Assembly: GCA_028023455.1 (NCBI GenBank)
Contig: JAQFVV010000006.1
Location: forward strand, 19,034,001 to 19,098,000
Reading direction: 5' to 3'
Origin: Epiperipatus broadwayi
Taxonomy: Eukaryota; Animalia; Onychophora
Length of the DNA: 64,000 nt
Shown: positions 60,926 to 64,000 of the stretch, one piece after another
Numbering within the stretch: position 1 is the first letter of the stretch
Layout: each line of letters begins with the position of its first letter
Notes under the pieces: generated by a model
What the model was told of the DNA's origin: nothing
The model's input: only the letters and a program-made list of their open reading frames with translations
The model's database searches: none
Translations under genes and position numbers: made by a program

Positions 60926-61263
60926 AGTTTATATTAAGATAGCAAATCTTCATACTTTAATGGAAAGGCTTCAATCCACTACAACCTCCACCTTTTCAGC
61001 CATCCATATCATTGAAAATCTGATGATGAAAACTCAAATCCCATGCTGATGCTAATATTATTGCCATGCCCATGTTGACCTGAAGTCACTCTGACCCCCA
61101 TGACTTCAGGTCAACATGGGCATTGCCATAATATTAGCATCAGCATGGGATTTGAGTTTTCATCATCAGATTTTCAATGATATGGATGGCTGAAAAGGTG
61201 GAGGTTGTAGTGGATTGAAACCTTTCTATTAAAGTATAAAGATTTGCTATCTTAATATAAACT
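60926..61263. repeat. Near-perfect 338-bp palindrome (upstream part of the family 1 element)
   Basis: Arms 60926-61088 and 61101-61263 with a 12-nt loop. It shares ttaagatagc.aatcttcatactttaatg with the 22-kb palindrome. A half ribozyme motif lies on the minus strand at 60881-60912. Confidence 0.93.
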
Positions 61264-64000
61264 TAGCATTGATTATATATATTGTAACAAAATTAAATGA
61301 GTTCAAAAGATAACTATTACCATGTCTGAGTCCAAAATATATAAGAGATCATAATATTTAAAATAACTTGGATTTCTCAATATCCAAATATCAAGAATTA
61401 TAAACAAATTATTAATAACAAGTATTATAACTCAGGTATACAGACAGTAGGTTTTATCCATTTTCATTTCTTGGTTTGATGTTAAGTGCATGTTTAAACA
61501 AATACTAAGTGAATATGGTCTAGCAGGGCACCAGTAGATTATCTGAATCTAGACACGGTTATATCTAATAACCTTTCACATGTACCAGGTTTGAATCCCC
61601 TTTTTGGTACTTTATTTCTAATAAAAATGAGAGATTTTGCTTTTTGAGCCATATCACTATAAGCACTAATATTTAGGTAAAAGTAAAACATCTATAAACC
61701 AAAGTGAAGTATATTACACATAAATCATTTCTCAGATCTTAACATAACAAATGTGTTTCAATATTTTTATAAGTTTACTAGCTCAGATTATATATAACTA
61801 ATTTAGGATGGCAATTCACTCATCCTTGCATGAAATAGATGACGGGATGTGGTTATAATAATACTAAGAAATCACTAAATATTATAAAATCAATATTTAT
61901 TTATGGCCTTTAAACAGTTCAACAGCTCATTAATTAAAACATTGATGACGATGATGATGATGATAATAATAACGATAATGACAAGGGTTTCAACTACAGC
62001 TCTAGGACTAAGCCTAAACATAAAACTAATTTTTATAAAGAAATTCATAATTATTGCTTAATTTTAGCATACTTACTTATATCTTAAATAACTAATATTC
62101 AACCATTGATGATGATGAATAATCACACTTAACAAAGACTACACTTAATGAAATATATACGCCTCATTTAATAAAACAAACTAATATTTATTACTACATT
62201 TCTAACATATACAGAAAAATTTCTAGATAAATATGAAAATTGACATGAATAATAATAATAATAATTGATTATATAACAATCCTCAGATTAATTTTAAGTT
62301 CTTCCCCCTTTCCCTTCAAATGTATTTTGTATTAAGTTGGACGTCACATTGACCATGATTTTCACTCCATGAGAAAAGTATTTCAAGAAAAAAAATAATA
62401 TTATCTGCTCATTAGCACACATACTTTAAAAATCTAACATGTAAATAGAATGTAAAAAAAAAATGTTAGTAGAATTGAAAGAGCAAGTTTTAGAAACAAG
62501 TTTTAAATTATTTTCTCCCCCCTCTCTTCTACCTCTGAAATGCTATACTTAATGAAACAAACTAATCTAATATTCTAACACTACTTGTTACTCCACATTC
62601 ACTCGCAATTATACACATATAAAATATCATTATGTATGTGCGTGTTTTATCCCATGATAACAAAATATTATTTAAAACCAAAATAATAATATATTAGTTA
62701 AAACTAAAATCATAATACCATAAAAAAAAATTTTACACATTAATATTTTTCATAACTGTAACATTAATAAACAAATAATTTTCATACATTCAAGATCATT
62801 TATGAAGCTCAAAGTTATTATTAGTAAGACATTCTTGTTTTTAATCGATCTGAATAGTCTTTAAAAGTTCTTTAAATAAAATATACCACTCTATTGCTAA
62901 AATGTTTATTAAGACTGATATCATAAAGAAAATAGATATAAAAAGTCATATTACCGATCTTTTGTTTGTGGTGAATTTCCAAGGGTTCAAACTTGTCTTG
63001 TATAATGTCTATATTTCTGCAGCTACCATTTCCGTTTTACGTGGGAACAATCTCTTTCTTGAGGTGTATAACTATTTGATAATGATGACTCTATTGAGGT
63101 TATTTGCTTTAATGGACAATTTGGAAATCATTATATTAATTTTTCTTCTCTTCCTGTCAAGCATGTGGATGAAATACAGCAGTTGTTTTCACATTTATAA
63201 ATTTTCTTGAGTTTAAAATCAGTTGTTGTAACAATTAATTGGGCTTGATTAATATTTATCAGTAGATTAATTCATCTTCTTTGAATGCAGGTGAATGCTT
63301 TCTTCCTTCTATTAAAAAAAAAACATCTTATTTCTCTGGTCAGTTGAAAGGTATAGAATATTATTTTAGACACAACATCATTTCTTTCCTATGTGATATG
63401 CAGCTTCCCCCAGATGGTCAGCAAAAATGGGACATATATATATAATTTTTCTAGCCAGACATTTCTTATATTTTCAGCATTCAATTTGATAGTTTAATAA
63501 TCTGAATCATAAAAAAAATTAATAATTCCAGACACTTTATATCCAATTTTTAGCTAACTTAACCAATCAGAGATAGCGTCACTTGCTATTTTTGGACAAA
63601 TTTGTTTTAATTAGATCTCTAATTTATTTTCAACTAAATTATTTTTCAACTGAAAAGTTTAATCCTTTTTCTAGACACTTTTGTTTAAAAAAAAATAGAC
63701 TCAATCCTTATTTCCTTTCTTTTCTCTTTCTTTCTTTTTAACATCCAGGTAACATTTCAAATCTTTGAGCTTCCTTCTTTAGATCTTGAGATAAGACAAT
63801 TTCAAAATTAGAGTTCTCACCCATTATAAGCTCCCAAAGTGAAAAACAATTATAAAAAAAAAAAAAAATTGCTACAAAGATCGATATCTGATTAAACAAT
63901 TTCCTCTTTTAACATAAAATTGTACAAAAAAAAATAATTTGACAGATTTAATCCTTCCTTTTCTTTCAATATTTAGTAAATGTAAATTTCTGTATGTAAT

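Noticed and set aside
61017-61035. CTGATGATGAAA as a hammerhead
   Set aside because: There is no stem II between the core halves.
61510-61600. tRNA-derived SINE (A-box-like tggtctagcagg, B-box-like ggtttgaatcc); B-box-like gttcaaatcc in the family 1 tail
   Set aside because: Box spacing is atypical (about 70 bp and about 15 bp), and there is no cloverleaf or second copy.
62902-63210. 102-aa hydrophobic ORF as a membrane protein
   Set aside because: Composition is as expected from T-rich sequence, with no recognisable motif or splice context.
1-64000. CRISPR arrays, rRNA, tRNA or prokaryotic operons
   Set aside because: No repeat-spacer arrays, structural RNA signatures or dense ORFs were seen. 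The sequence is eukaryotic and repeat-rich.

Overview
Very AT-rich, transposon-dense animal (invertebrate-like) genomic DNA. There are no prokaryotic, rRNA, tRNA or CRISPR features. The only convincing host coding sequence is a terminal exon of a BTB/POZ (KCTD7/14-like) gene (34924-35673, minus), whose start-codon exon was not found. The rest is nested decayed mobile DNA: RTE LINEs, a PHD/esterase-ORF1 LINE family (including a head-to-tail trimer), several Mag-like Ty3/Gypsy elements, a Penelope-like RT/GIY-YIG remnant, and hAT, Tc1/mariner and other TIR elements. Two structures stand out. (1) Two families of minimal type-I hammerhead-ribozyme motifs occur at about nine sites, mostly as head-to-head DNA palindromes with outward-pointing ribozymes. 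(2) A 5.2-kb foldback insertion with 1.5-kb inverted arms splits an RTE element, is flanked by a 61-bp direct repeat, and carries an unidentified decayed ORF ending in an A-run. All alignments and translations were done by eye. Boundaries marked '~' are approximate.
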